Source of the DNA: Kofleriaceae bacterium
GTDB taxonomy: Bacteria; Myxococcota_A; Polyangia; Haliangiales; Haliangiaceae
Reading direction: 5' to 3'
Length of the DNA: 64,000 bases
NCBI GenBank assembly: GCA_046597055.1
Contig: JBKJLC010000103.1
Location: 12,468-76,467 of the forward strand
Of the stretch, positions 1 to 9,056 are shown piece after piece. A program made the position numbers and the translations under genes. Below the pieces are notes generated by a model that worked only from the letters and a program-made list of their open reading frames with translations, was not told the origin of the DNA and made no database searches. The number at the start of each line of letters is the position of its first letter. The first letter of the stretch is position 1.

Positions 1-1
1 G

Positions 2-67
2 CAGGCCAGCCGCGCTCGCGATGGCCGCCAGCCGGGCGGCCCGATGATGCGTGGGTCGTGTCGTCAC
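2..67 (-). CDS. Possible 5' end of a secreted protein running off the window
   Basis: GTG at 67 after GGAAGGA; reads VTTRPTHHRAARLAAIASAAGL, signal-peptide-like; same strand as the upstream kinase. Confidence 0.3.
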   Translation of the reverse strand, partial: MTTRPTHHRAARLAAIASAAGL

Positions 68-200
68 GAAGATCCTTCCGGTTGGCGCGCCGCGGCGCGA
101 GATCGCCTGGCGCCGGGCGAGGGAGCGTCACTCACGATCATGCCGACCCCGGTCGGACGTGATCTCCAGGGCAGCGAGAAGCGTCCGCGGCCGGCCACGG

Positions 201-2240
201 TCAGGTCGGGGCGAAGGTGATCACGACCGTGACCTGGGCATTGCCGACGTCGGGGGCCAGCCGGGTGCGGATGCGGCCGGCCGCGGCCCGCATGCACGCC
301 CCGACGCCGGGCAGCGGCTCACCACCGACGCGCACGGCGCGCGCCGTGCGGGTCGCGTCGATCTCGAACCCGATCCGGACCTGACCGGTCGGGGTGCGCT
401 GCGCGGCGCGCGCCGCCTGCTGGTAGCACTGGCGGAACGCCGGCAGGACCCGCTCGACGCCCCGGCGGATCTCGGAGTCCTGGAGCGGACCCTGGACCTC
501 CACGCTCGCCAGCCCCGCGGCCGCGTCGAGCGAGCCGGTCGGCGCGCGTCGTGGCACCACCGGCGCGAGTGGCGGCGGCGCGACCGGCCGTGCGTTCGGC
601 GCATCGATCGGCGGGCTGGCGTCGATCGGCGGCGGCGGCGCAGCGTCGATCGGCACCACCACCGCCGGCGTCGGCGGCATTGCGTCTTCGTTCGACCAGG
701 ACGCGGGTTTGGGGTCGGCGCTCGACGCCAGCCGGCGGACATCGCGCTCGCGCGCCGGCGCCCGGCCCGCGGCGTGCGCGACCCGGCGGGTGTCCTCGAC
801 CCGCCGGTCACGGACACCGGCGTGGCCGTCCCGGGCCGCGACCGCCGGGGCCGCCCCCGCCGGCAGCGCGGGCGCCGGACTGGCCGCGCCCCGACCCACG
901 GCGATCGCTGGCGCCGACCAGGTCGGCGGCGCCCCGGCCTCGGCGGCACGGTCGGGCACCGCGGCGGGCGCAGGCGGGACCCCGACGACACTGGCTCGCC
1001 CCGGTGCCCGCGTCGCGCTCGCCCCCGGCCACAGCGCCACCGCGACCGCCGCCGCCGCCCCCATCGCGGCCACCGCCACCGCCGCCAGCGCCCGGCGTCG
1101 GACCGAGCCCCGCAGATCGGGCACCGACGCGGTCGAGCGCGGCGCCGCGTGGTCGGGACTCACCGCGGCGACCGGCGCGCCTTCGGACTCGATCTCGACG
1201 CTCTCGAGCAGCTCGTCGTCGTCGTCGGCCTCGGCCCACGCCATCTCGGTCGGGGCGGTGCGGCCGTCGGCCGGCTTCAGCAGCGCGGCGACGTACTCGC
1301 CGACCTCGATCGGCGAGGTCGACAGCTGCTCGGAGCGCGCGAGCGCCTCGAGGTCGCGCTGCATGTCGCGCGCGGTCTGGTAGCGCAGGCGCCGGTCGCG
1401 CTGCAGCGCGCGCATGACGATCGCCTCGAGCGCCGGCGAGTAGCCGGGCCGCAGCTTCGACGGCGGCGCCGCGTCTTCCCCGACGATCTTCTGCAGCACG
1501 ACCAGCTCGGTGCCGGCCCCGGCGAACAGCCGCTTACCGGTGGTGAGCTCGTAAAGAATGATCCCGATCGAGAAGATGTCACTGCGCCGATCCAGCGCGG
1601 CGCCCCGGCACTGCTCCGGCGACATGTAGCCAATCTTGCCCTTGAGCGTGCCAGTCCGGGTCCGGTGCTCGTTGGTCGAGATCTTGGCAACGCCGAAGTC
1701 GGTCACCTTCACGGCACCGTCGAACGAGACGAGCACGTTCGACAGCGACACGTCCCGATGGACGATGCCGATCGGCTGGCCGGCGGCGTCGCACAGGCTG
1801 TGGGCGTGCTCGAGCCCGGCAGTCATCCCCAGCCCGATCGCGACCGCGCACGACAGCGGCATGGCCCGGCCGGCGCGCGACTCGATCCGCATCAGGTCGC
1901 GGAGGTCGCCTCCGCGCATGTACTCCATCGCGTAGTAGTAGTTGCCGGTCTCTTCGCCGATGTCGTGGACCTGGACGATGTTCGTGTGATCGAGCATCGC
2001 GGCCAGCCGCGCCTCGGCCAGGAACATCTGCACGTACGACGCCTGCACCGCGAAGTGCGGCAGCATGCGCTTGATGACGACCAGCTTCTCGAAGCCGTGG
2101 ATGCCGGCGCTGCGCGCCAGGTAGATCTCCGCCATGCCGCCGACCGACAGCAGGCGAACGACTTCGTAGCGGCCGAGCAAGGTTCCCGCCTGCAAGCCGA
2201 CCGTGGGTCGAGGTGCAGGCAGTGGATCGACAAATGCCAT
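201..2240 (-). CDS. Membrane Ser/Thr protein kinase with Pro/Ala linker and C-terminal AgmX/PglI (TonB_C-like) domain
   Basis: GGMAEIY, VVIKR, HRDVSLSN, DFGVAK, YMSPEQ; one TM (ALAAVAVAAMGAAAAVAVALW); tail GPLQDSEIRRGV..FRQCY..VGACM..VVITFAP. Confidence 0.9.
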   Translation of the reverse strand: MAFVDPLPAPRPTVGLQAGTLLGRYEVVRLLSVGGMAEIYLARSAGIHGFEKLVVIKRMLPHFAVQASYVQMFLAEARLAAMLDHTNIVQVHDIGEETGNYYYAMEYMRGGDLRDLMRIESRAGRAMPLSCAVAIGLGMTAGLEHAHSLCDAAGQPIGIVHRDVSLSNVLVSFDGAVKVTDFGVAKISTNEHRTRTGTLKGKIGYMSPEQCRGAALDRRSDIFSIGIILYELTTGKRLFAGAGTELVVLQKIVGEDAAPPSKLRPGYSPALEAIVMRALQRDRRLRYQTARDMQRDLEALARSEQLSTSPIEVGEYVAALLKPADGRTAPTEMAWAEADDDDELLESVEIESEGAPVAAVSPDHAAPRSTASVPDLRGSVRRRALAAVAVAAMGAAAAVAVALWPGASATRAPGRASVVGVPPAPAAVPDRAAEAGAPPTWSAPAIAVGRGAASPAPALPAGAAPAVAARDGHAGVRDRRVEDTRRVAHAAGRAPARERDVRRLASSADPKPASWSNEDAMPPTPAVVVPIDAAPPPPIDASPPIDAPNARPVAPPPLAPVVPRRAPTGSLDAAAGLASVEVQGPLQDSEIRRGVERVLPAFRQCYQQAARAAQRTPTGQVRIGFEIDATRTARAVRVGGEPLPGVGACMRAAAGRIRTRLAPDVGNAQVTVVITFAPT

Positions 2241-2419
2241 CGTCTCCCGTTGTCGTCGATCAACAACGTGAGATCAATATCACTGACAATTGCAACACTG
2301 CTGACTCTCGCGCGCACATCGAGATGCACTTGCCATGCGCGCCAGCCGCGGGCCAGCGCACATCTGTCGTCGAGCGCGAAGGCGGCTGATCACCCCGCAC
2401 CGACGACGCCGCTACCCCA

Positions 2420-4180
2420 TCACTGACGGGTAGTGGTGGGCTTGCGGGGGCGCGCCAACCCGTAGAGATCGAGACGGTAGACCAGCGTGCGGCGCGAGAT
2501 GCCGAGCATGGCCGCGGCGCGGGTCTGATTGCCGGCGCAGGCGTCGAGCGCGGCGATCACGCGCGCGCGCTCGTCGCCGTGATCCGCGGGCGGGGTGATC
2601 GGGACTGGCCGCTCGGGCGTGGCCGCGGGAGTGGCAATCACCGTCGACCCCGACGGCGGATCGAGCGGGAGGTGCTCGGGCAGGATCAGCGGTCCCCGGC
2701 CGAGCAGCACGGCGCGCTCGATCAGGTTGCGCAGCTCACGCAGATTCCCGGGCCAGCTGTGGGTCCGGAGCCAGTCGGCCGCGCTCGACGACAGGTGCGG
2801 GCCCGGCGCCAGCTGGTTGCGGCGGCAGAACAGGTCGATGAACCGGCGCGCCAGCGGCTCGATCTCGTCGAGCCGATCGCGCAGGGGCGGCACCGTCACC
2901 GTGATCCCGGCCAGCCGGTAGTAGAGGTCCTCGCGGAAGGTGCCGCGCGCGATCGCCTGCCCCAGGTCGCGATTGGTCGCGGCCACGAAGCGGACGTCGA
3001 TCGCGATCGGCGCCAGCGCGCCGACCCGCATCACCGCGCGCTCCTCGAACACCCGCAGCAACTTCACCTGCACCGACAGCGGCAACTCGCCGACCTCGTC
3101 GAGCAGCACGGTGCCGCCGGCCGCGGTCTCGAGCAGGCCCGGCTTGGCCCCGGTGGCGCCGGTGAACGCGCCGCGCTCGTGGCCAAACAGCTCACTCTCG
3201 AGCAGGGTCTCCGACAGCGCCGCACAGTTGAGCCGCAGGAACGGTCCGTCGGCGCGCCGCGAGCGGCGGTGGATGGTCTCCGCCATCACCTCCTTGCCGA
3301 CACCGGTCTCGCCCAGCAGCAGGACCGAGATGTCGGACGGCGCGATCCGACCGATCAGGTTGTGCAGCTCGCGCATGCGCCGCGACGCCACCACGACCCG
3401 GCGCTCGCCGCTGGCGCTGTCGAGCCCGCGCAGCTGGGCCAGCGCGCGCGCGGCCAGCGCGTGGTGGCTGCCGCCGTCGGCCGGGAACACCGCGACGCCG
3501 GTCCGGGCCGCGGCGCCCAGCGCCGCCAGGCTGGCCTCGATGCGACTGGCGCGCAGGTCGGCCTCGGCACGGTCGGCGCCCGGGGCCAGCACCTCGAACT
3601 CGCCAGGCCCGTAGTGCCCGAGGACGTCGGCGGCGCGCAGCACCTCGCCGAACACCTCGCAGGCGCGGGCGTCGTCGATCGGCGGGACCACGTGGACGTG
3701 GACCAGCGCGAACGAGCTGCCGGCCGGCTCGCACCGCTGACACTCCTCCTCGGTGCGGTTCTCGAAGTAGTCGTGGCCCCACATCCGGCGCTGGCGCACG
3801 ACCAGGCCGCGGTCCTGAACCAACAGGGTGACCTCGCCGATCGTCACCGCCTCGCCGATCGCCACGTGCAGGCGCTGACCGGGGCCGACCACCCGCACGC
3901 CGGCGCGGGTGCCGTTGCGACTCGACACGTCCTCGATCTCGAGCGTGTTGCCGAGGTGGAGCCGCAGGTGCGTCCGCGACACCGACGGGTGATCGATGCG
4001 CACGTCGCAGCGCTCGCCGCGGCCGATCGTGACGACGCCTCGGCTGGGCAACTCGAACACGGTCGCGCCGGCGTCCGAGATGACGATCAGCGAGAGGCGG
4101 CCCAGGTCGACCGGGCTCGGCGCCGGCGTGGTCGTGGTGGTGGCCTCGAAGACGTTGGTGGGCGACGGGGTGCGGGTCAT
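2420..4180 (-). CDS. Sigma54-dependent activator: FHA + degenerate GGDEF-like + AAA+ + Fis HTH
   Basis: [71 protein letters not shown]; start set at ATG 4180. Confidence 0.9.
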   Translation of the reverse strand: MTRTPSPTNVFEATTTTTPAPSPVDLGRLSLIVISDAGATVFELPSRGVVTIGRGERCDVRIDHPSVSRTHLRLHLGNTLEIEDVSSRNGTRAGVRVVGPGQRLHVAIGEAVTIGEVTLLVQDRGLVVRQRRMWGHDYFENRTEEECQRCEPAGSSFALVHVHVVPPIDDARACEVFGEVLRAADVLGHYGPGEFEVLAPGADRAEADLRASRIEASLAALGAAARTGVAVFPADGGSHHALAARALAQLRGLDSASGERRVVVASRRMRELHNLIGRIAPSDISVLLLGETGVGKEVMAETIHRRSRRADGPFLRLNCAALSETLLESELFGHERGAFTGATGAKPGLLETAAGGTVLLDEVGELPLSVQVKLLRVFEERAVMRVGALAPIAIDVRFVAATNRDLGQAIARGTFREDLYYRLAGITVTVPPLRDRLDEIEPLARRFIDLFCRRNQLAPGPHLSSSAADWLRTHSWPGNLRELRNLIERAVLLGRGPLILPEHLPLDPPSGSTVIATPAATPERPVPITPPADHGDERARVIAALDACAGNQTRAAAMLGISRRTLVYRLDLYGLARPRKPTTTRQ

Positions 4181-4240
4181 GGGCGGAGCGGACTCGGGGA
4201 AGGACTGCACGTGCGGCGGCAACGAGCAATCTGCGCGCCG

Positions 4241-4355
4241 ATTGCGCAACACCAATGACTCAATGATTTCAGGCTAATACATTCCACTGTATCCGGGTTG
4301 CGCTTGATGCGCACGCCAATTGCGCACGCACGTTGCGCAACCGGCTTGATGCGCA
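4241..4355. promoter_or_regulatory. Cluster of TGCGCA palindromes, candidate activator binding sites
   Basis: TGCGCA at 4243, 4308, 4321, 4334, 4350; direct repeat GCTTGATGCGCA at 4302 and 4344; AT-richer divergent intergenic region. Confidence 0.5.
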
Positions 4356-4549
4356 GCGGGGCGCGGCGACCGGGCACCGACCCGGCTTCACCGCGCCGGC
4401 GTCACCGCGCACCAGGCCGCGCGCGCGACGAGCGCCGGCGCTCACCGCGAGCGGACGTCAGGCCCGCGGCCGGGAGTCGCCGCCGACGCTGGCTCAGCGT
4501 GGCACGCGCCGCTACCGTGGCGTGTTCCACCGTCTTTCAGGAGAAACCG

Positions 4550-4753
4550 ATGAGCGTTGCCCGAGTCACCGAGATCACCGCCGAGTCCACCAAGAGCTTC
4601 GAGGACGCGATCGCCGTGGGGATCGCCCGTGCCAACAAGACGCTGAAGAACGTCAAGGGCGCGTGGATCCAGGACCAGAAGGTCACGGTCGTCGACGGCC
4701 AGATCAGCGAGTACCGCGTGAGCATGAAGATCACGTTCGTGCTCGAGGACTGA
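4550..4753 (+). CDS. Dodecin family protein
   Basis: 67 aa MSVARVTEITAESTKSFEDAI..YRVSMKITFVLED; RBS AGGAG. Confidence 0.9.
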   Translation: MSVARVTEITAESTKSFEDAIAVGIARANKTLKNVKGAWIQDQKVTVVDGQISEYRVSMKITFVLED

Positions 4754-4874
4754 CCGAATCCCGACCGCAGCCTCGTCACGTCCAAGCGACGTTCAGCGCA
4801 AGAGTCGCGTTCACGCGCGCCCGGCGGTCGATCGCCGCGCGGCGGATCCGGTGACGGTGATAGACCGGTCGCCC

Positions 4875-5696
4875 ATGAGCGACACCGAGATCCACACGCG
4901 CGCGGGACGGGTCGCTGTGACCCTCCGCGGTGACGGGCCCTTGCTGGTCCTGGTACCGGCGGCGGGGCGCGCGGGGGCCGACTTCGACCCCATGCTCCCG
5001 GCGCTGCAGCGCCGCTTCCGGGTGGCGACGCTCGACTGGCCGTCGACCGGTGCGTCGCCGGCCGCGACCTCCCCACGCGACGCGACCGCCGCCTCCCTGG
5101 CCGGGGCCCTCGGCGAGGTGGTCGCCGCGCTCGGTGACGAGCCCGCCATCGTGCTCGGCCACTCGCTCGGTGGCTTCGCCGCGACGCGGCTCGCGATCGA
5201 CGCGCCGGCCCGCGTGCGCGCGCTGGTGCTGGTCGACGCGCTCGGCTTCATCCCGTTTGGCCCGGTCCAGCGTGCCTTCTGCGTGGTCAAGGGCCGCACC
5301 GCGGTCACCCGCGCGGTCGAGGGCTACCTCGCCCGCGCGCAGACGCTACGCCGTAACCCCGACACCGCCCGGGTGTTCGCGCGGGTCGACGCCGCCCTCG
5401 CCCGCCCCGACTACGCCGAGCTCACCGCGGCCGTGTGGCGCAGCTTCCCGGACCCGGCCAACGACCTGCGCCGGGCCGCCGCGGCGATCCGGTGCCCCAC
5501 GCTGGTGTGCTGGGGCTGGCTCGACCCGGTGGTGCCGGTCCGCGGGGGTCGCACCGCGGCCAAGGTCATCCCGGGCGCCCAGCTCGCGCTGTTCGCCACC
5601 GGCCACACGCCGTTCGTCGAAGCACCACGCCAGTTCCTGCGCACGCTCGAGCGGTTCCTCACCGACGTGATCGGATCGCAACCGGGCCCAACCTGA
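4875..5696 (+). CDS. Alpha/beta hydrolase
   Basis: GHSLGG nucleophile elbow, WGWLDPVVP, TGHTPFVE. Confidence 0.9.
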   Translation: MSDTEIHTRAGRVAVTLRGDGPLLVLVPAAGRAGADFDPMLPALQRRFRVATLDWPSTGASPAATSPRDATAASLAGALGEVVAALGDEPAIVLGHSLGGFAATRLAIDAPARVRALVLVDALGFIPFGPVQRAFCVVKGRTAVTRAVEGYLARAQTLRRNPDTARVFARVDAALARPDYAELTAAVWRSFPDPANDLRRAAAAIRCPTLVCWGWLDPVVPVRGGRTAAKVIPGAQLALFATGHTPFVEAPRQFLRTLERFLTDVIGSQPGPT

Positions 5697-5723
5697 GCCG
5701 GGCTGCGGCCGAGCCGCGCTCGA

Positions 5724-6020
5724 TCAGTCGGGCTTCGGGTAGCTCATCGCGCGAGCGGGCTCGCCGATCACGTCGTCGAGCCGCCGCGACGGGGCCGGGA
5801 CCGCGTCGAGATCGATGCCCTCGCCGGCGATCTGCGTCATCGGCTGGGGATCGACCGGAGACACCCCGACCATCGAGGCCAGGCCGGTCGCCTGCGCGGC
5901 CGGGTCGCTGGCTTGCTCGAGCTGGCGGAGCCGCCAGCGCTGCACGCCCCGCCAGACCGCGACACCGCCGGCCACCACGCCAGCCATCACCAGCACTTGC
6001 TTCACACGCTTCGCGAGCAT
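5724..6020 (-). CDS. Small hypothetical protein with N-terminal TM anchor (98 aa)
   Basis: Strong RBS GAGGAGG before ATG 6020; VLVMAGVVAGGVAVW hydrophobic stretch. Confidence 0.6.
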   Translation of the reverse strand: MLAKRVKQVLVMAGVVAGGVAVWRGVQRWRLRQLEQASDPAAQATGLASMVGVSPVDPQPMTQIAGEGIDLDAVPAPSRRLDDVIGEPARAMSYPKPD

Positions 6021-6111
6021 CGTTGCCTCCTCGTCGGGATGCGGGGGTCGAAGCGACCGCCGCCCGTGCACGAGGTCTACCCCGACTCCGCGGGAGCGCT
6101 CGTCCGCGTCG

Positions 6112-7089
6112 TCAGAACGCGCAGATGAAGTTTGCGCCCTGCGCCGGGTAATAGAAGAGGTCGGTGAAGCACATCTCGTCGTCGGACGAATCACCGAAGC
6201 CGACCGGTGAGCCGGTCGGCGGGTTGGTGGCCGGCGTGTTCTCGTAGGTGCAGTGGGTGGTGATGACGTCGCCGGGCCGGAGCTCGATCATCGGACTGGC
6301 GTACTGGAACGTCTGGCGCTCGAAGTTGTAGTCGATGTCCTGCAGCATGATCTCCTCGCCGCCGCGGGTGACCACCGACCGCATGTGGCGACCGAGCTTG
6401 TGCATGTGCTGCGACAACGCGAACACCTGGATCGGCTGGTCGGTGAAGCTGCTGACACGGCAGCTGCCCGACTGCGTGCTGGTCCCGCTCGGGACCGCCA
6501 GGTTCACGGTCGGTCCCGCCAGGACCAGCTCGGCCTCGTGCTGGATCTCGGAGGCGGCGGCCTCCTGGAACAGCGTGCCCGACCGACCGGTCATCACGCT
6601 GTCCGTCGAGTTGTAGAGGTGGAGGTTCAGCAACAGCCGCTGGCCGGCGACCAGATGGAGCCCGACGCCGGCGGGGAACTCGAAGTCCGGTGAGCCGACG
6701 CCCGAGCCGTAGATCATGCTCTGGCCGTTGGTCCCGACCCCGCACGGCACCGTGCCATCGGCCGGGCTGGCGCCCGTGTAGAGCGTCAGGACCGTGTGGT
6801 GGGTGCCGAGCGGGATGATCGGACGGAACGCCTTCACGTAGACGTCGCGCGGCACCGTCGTGTAGACGCAGAAGTAGCCCTCCTGCCCGGGCTGGAGGGT
6901 CCAGTCGCCCTCCATCAGCGAGGCCCAGCCGTCGGGGATCACCGCGGCATCGACGCTGGCGACATCGTCGCCATCATCGTCGCCGGTGCCGCCGGTGCCG
7001 CCACCGCCGCAGGCGACGAGGGAGAGCGAGAGCACCACCGCCGCCACGAAACCACGACCACGGACCACGAGGCTCGACCTTGACAGCAT
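6112..7089 (-). CDS. Lipoprotein with copper type II ascorbate-dependent monooxygenase (PHM-like) domain
   Basis: Lipobox LVAC; CuH-type GTHH and NLH, CuM-type QHMH and DEMC motifs. Confidence 0.8.
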   Translation of the reverse strand: MLSRSSLVVRGRGFVAAVVLSLSLVACGGGGTGGTGDDDGDDVASVDAAVIPDGWASLMEGDWTLQPGQEGYFCVYTTVPRDVYVKAFRPIIPLGTHHTVLTLYTGASPADGTVPCGVGTNGQSMIYGSGVGSPDFEFPAGVGLHLVAGQRLLLNLHLYNSTDSVMTGRSGTLFQEAAASEIQHEAELVLAGPTVNLAVPSGTSTQSGSCRVSSFTDQPIQVFALSQHMHKLGRHMRSVVTRGGEEIMLQDIDYNFERQTFQYASPMIELRPGDVITTHCTYENTPATNPPTGSPVGFGDSSDDEMCFTDLFYYPAQGANFICAF

Positions 7090-7182
7090 GTTCCCTCCTG
7101 CGTTCGCGGGCATAGTGCCCTACCGGCGCGCGCGGTGTCGAGCCATCTCATCCGGCCGGCGCACCTCGCGCGTCGTCCGCGG

Positions 7183-8934
7183 CTACCCCCCGGTCTGCAG
7201 GCGCCAGAGCCCGGCGTAGATGCCGCCCTGGGCGACCAGCTCGTCGTGCGAGCCGCGCTCGACCACCTGGCCCTGATCGAGCACGTGGATGACGTGGGCG
7301 TGGCGGATCGTCGACAGCCGGTGGGCGACGATCAGGGTCGTGCGGTCGCGGGTGATGGTCGCGAGCGAGCGCGCGATCGCCGCCTCGGTCTCGTTGTCGA
7401 CCGCGCTGGTCGCCTCGTCGAGGATGAGGACGGCCGGATCGCGGACCAGCGTGCGCGCGATCGCGAGCCGCTGGCGCTGGCCGCCCGACAGCTTCTGGCC
7501 ACGCTCGCCGACCCGGGTGTCGTAGCCGTCCGGCAGCGCCCGGATGAAGTCGTGGGCCTCGGCCGCGATCGCGGCCGCCTCGAGCTGGGCGGCGGTGGCG
7601 GCGAGGTCGCCGTAGCGGATGTTCTCGGCGATCGACGCGTCGATCAAGAACACGTCCTGCCCGACGTAGCCCATCGCGGCGCGCACCTGATCGTCGGCGA
7701 GCGCGGCGAGCGGTCGGCCGTCGAGGCGGATGGCGCCGGCGGTCGGCTCGTGGAACTTCAGCAGGAGCTTCATCACCGTGCTCTTGCCCGAGCCGGTGCT
7801 GCCGACCAGCGCGGTGGTCTGGCCGGCGCGCGCGACGAACGACACCCCGCGCAGCACCTCGCCCGAGGTCGCGTAGGCGAAGCGGACGTCGTCGAAGACC
7901 ACGTCGCCGCGGGCGTGGGCGCCGACCGGCTCGGTGCCGAGCGTGTGCTCGACCTCGGTGTCGAGCAGGCCGAGCGCGCGCCGGATCGCGGCGGTCGACC
8001 GGTTGTACATGTCGGTGACCTCGGCGAGCCGGGTCAGCGGCCACAGCAGCCGCTGGGTGAGGAACACGAACACCGAGTAGGCCCCGACCTCGAGATCGCC
8101 CTGCAGCACCAGCCGGCCACCGACCAGCAGGGTCGCGATGAAGCCGAGCATGATCGCCATGCGGATCACCGGCGTGACCGCGCTGGCCAGGCGGATCGCG
8201 GCGCCGTTGGCCTGGCGGTAGCCATCGCTCTCGGCGCGGACCCGGGCGGCCTCGTGGTCCTCGCGCCCGAACGCGCGGATCGTGGCCAGGCCCGCGAGGT
8301 TGTTGCTGAGCATGCCGTTGAGGTGGGCGGCCTGCTCGCGCACCCGCAGGTAGCGCCGCTCCAGGCGGCCCTGGAACCAGTACGCGCCGAACAGGATCAC
8401 GGGGATCGGCAGCAGCGCGAACACCGCGGTGCCCGGCGCCAGGATCACGAACGCCAGGCCGCACAGCAGCGTGCTGGCGATGGTCTGGATGATCTGAGCG
8501 ACGCCGCTGTTGACGAAGCGCTCGAGCTGGTTGATGTCGTCGTTCATCACCGACAACACCGCGCCGGCCTGGCGATCCTCGAGGAAGCTGGTGTGCAGCG
8601 TCTGCACGTGGCGGTACACGTCCATGCGCAGGTCGTGCTGGATCGACTGGGCGAGCTCCCGCCACGCGACCTCGTACAGGTACTCGAAGAAGCTCTCGCT
8701 GATCCAGATGAGCGCGGTGAGCGCGGCCAGGATGTAGAGCTGCGCCATCGCATCGGTGACGCCGAACTGACCGAGCCACGACGCCTCGCGCCGCACCACC
8801 ACGTCGACCGCGATGCCGATCAGCACCTCGGGCAGCACGTCGAACAGCTTGTTGAGGACCGTGTAGACGACCGCCAGCCGGATCCGGTTGCGGTAGGCAC
8901 GGGCGTAGCGCCACAGGCGGATCATCGGGTGCAT
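7183..8934 (-). CDS. ABC exporter, fused permease/ATP-binding (MsbA-like)
   Basis: N-terminal TMs; [32 protein letters not shown]. Confidence 0.93.
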   Translation of the reverse strand: MHPMIRLWRYARAYRNRIRLAVVYTVLNKLFDVLPEVLIGIAVDVVVRREASWLGQFGVTDAMAQLYILAALTALIWISESFFEYLYEVAWRELAQSIQHDLRMDVYRHVQTLHTSFLEDRQAGAVLSVMNDDINQLERFVNSGVAQIIQTIASTLLCGLAFVILAPGTAVFALLPIPVILFGAYWFQGRLERRYLRVREQAAHLNGMLSNNLAGLATIRAFGREDHEAARVRAESDGYRQANGAAIRLASAVTPVIRMAIMLGFIATLLVGGRLVLQGDLEVGAYSVFVFLTQRLLWPLTRLAEVTDMYNRSTAAIRRALGLLDTEVEHTLGTEPVGAHARGDVVFDDVRFAYATSGEVLRGVSFVARAGQTTALVGSTGSGKSTVMKLLLKFHEPTAGAIRLDGRPLAALADDQVRAAMGYVGQDVFLIDASIAENIRYGDLAATAAQLEAAAIAAEAHDFIRALPDGYDTRVGERGQKLSGGQRQRLAIARTLVRDPAVLILDEATSAVDNETEAAIARSLATITRDRTTLIVAHRLSTIRHAHVIHVLDQGQVVERGSHDELVAQGGIYAGLWRLQTGG

Positions 8935-9056
8935 GCCGCGCCACGCTGCCCGACGGTGCCCACCGGCGCAAGCGCGCGGCGACCCGGGCGCGACGTTGCC
9001 GGAACTGGGCTTCATGGCCGGCTGTCACGCTGGGCGGTCGGCCGCGTTCTGTTCAC

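Noticed and set aside
2281..2340. Sigma54 promoter for the kinase
   Set aside because: TGGCA and TTGCA occur but not at -24/-12 spacing
4500..4516. Sigma54 promoter TGGCACG before dodecin
   Set aside because: GC falls 8 nt after GG rather than 10
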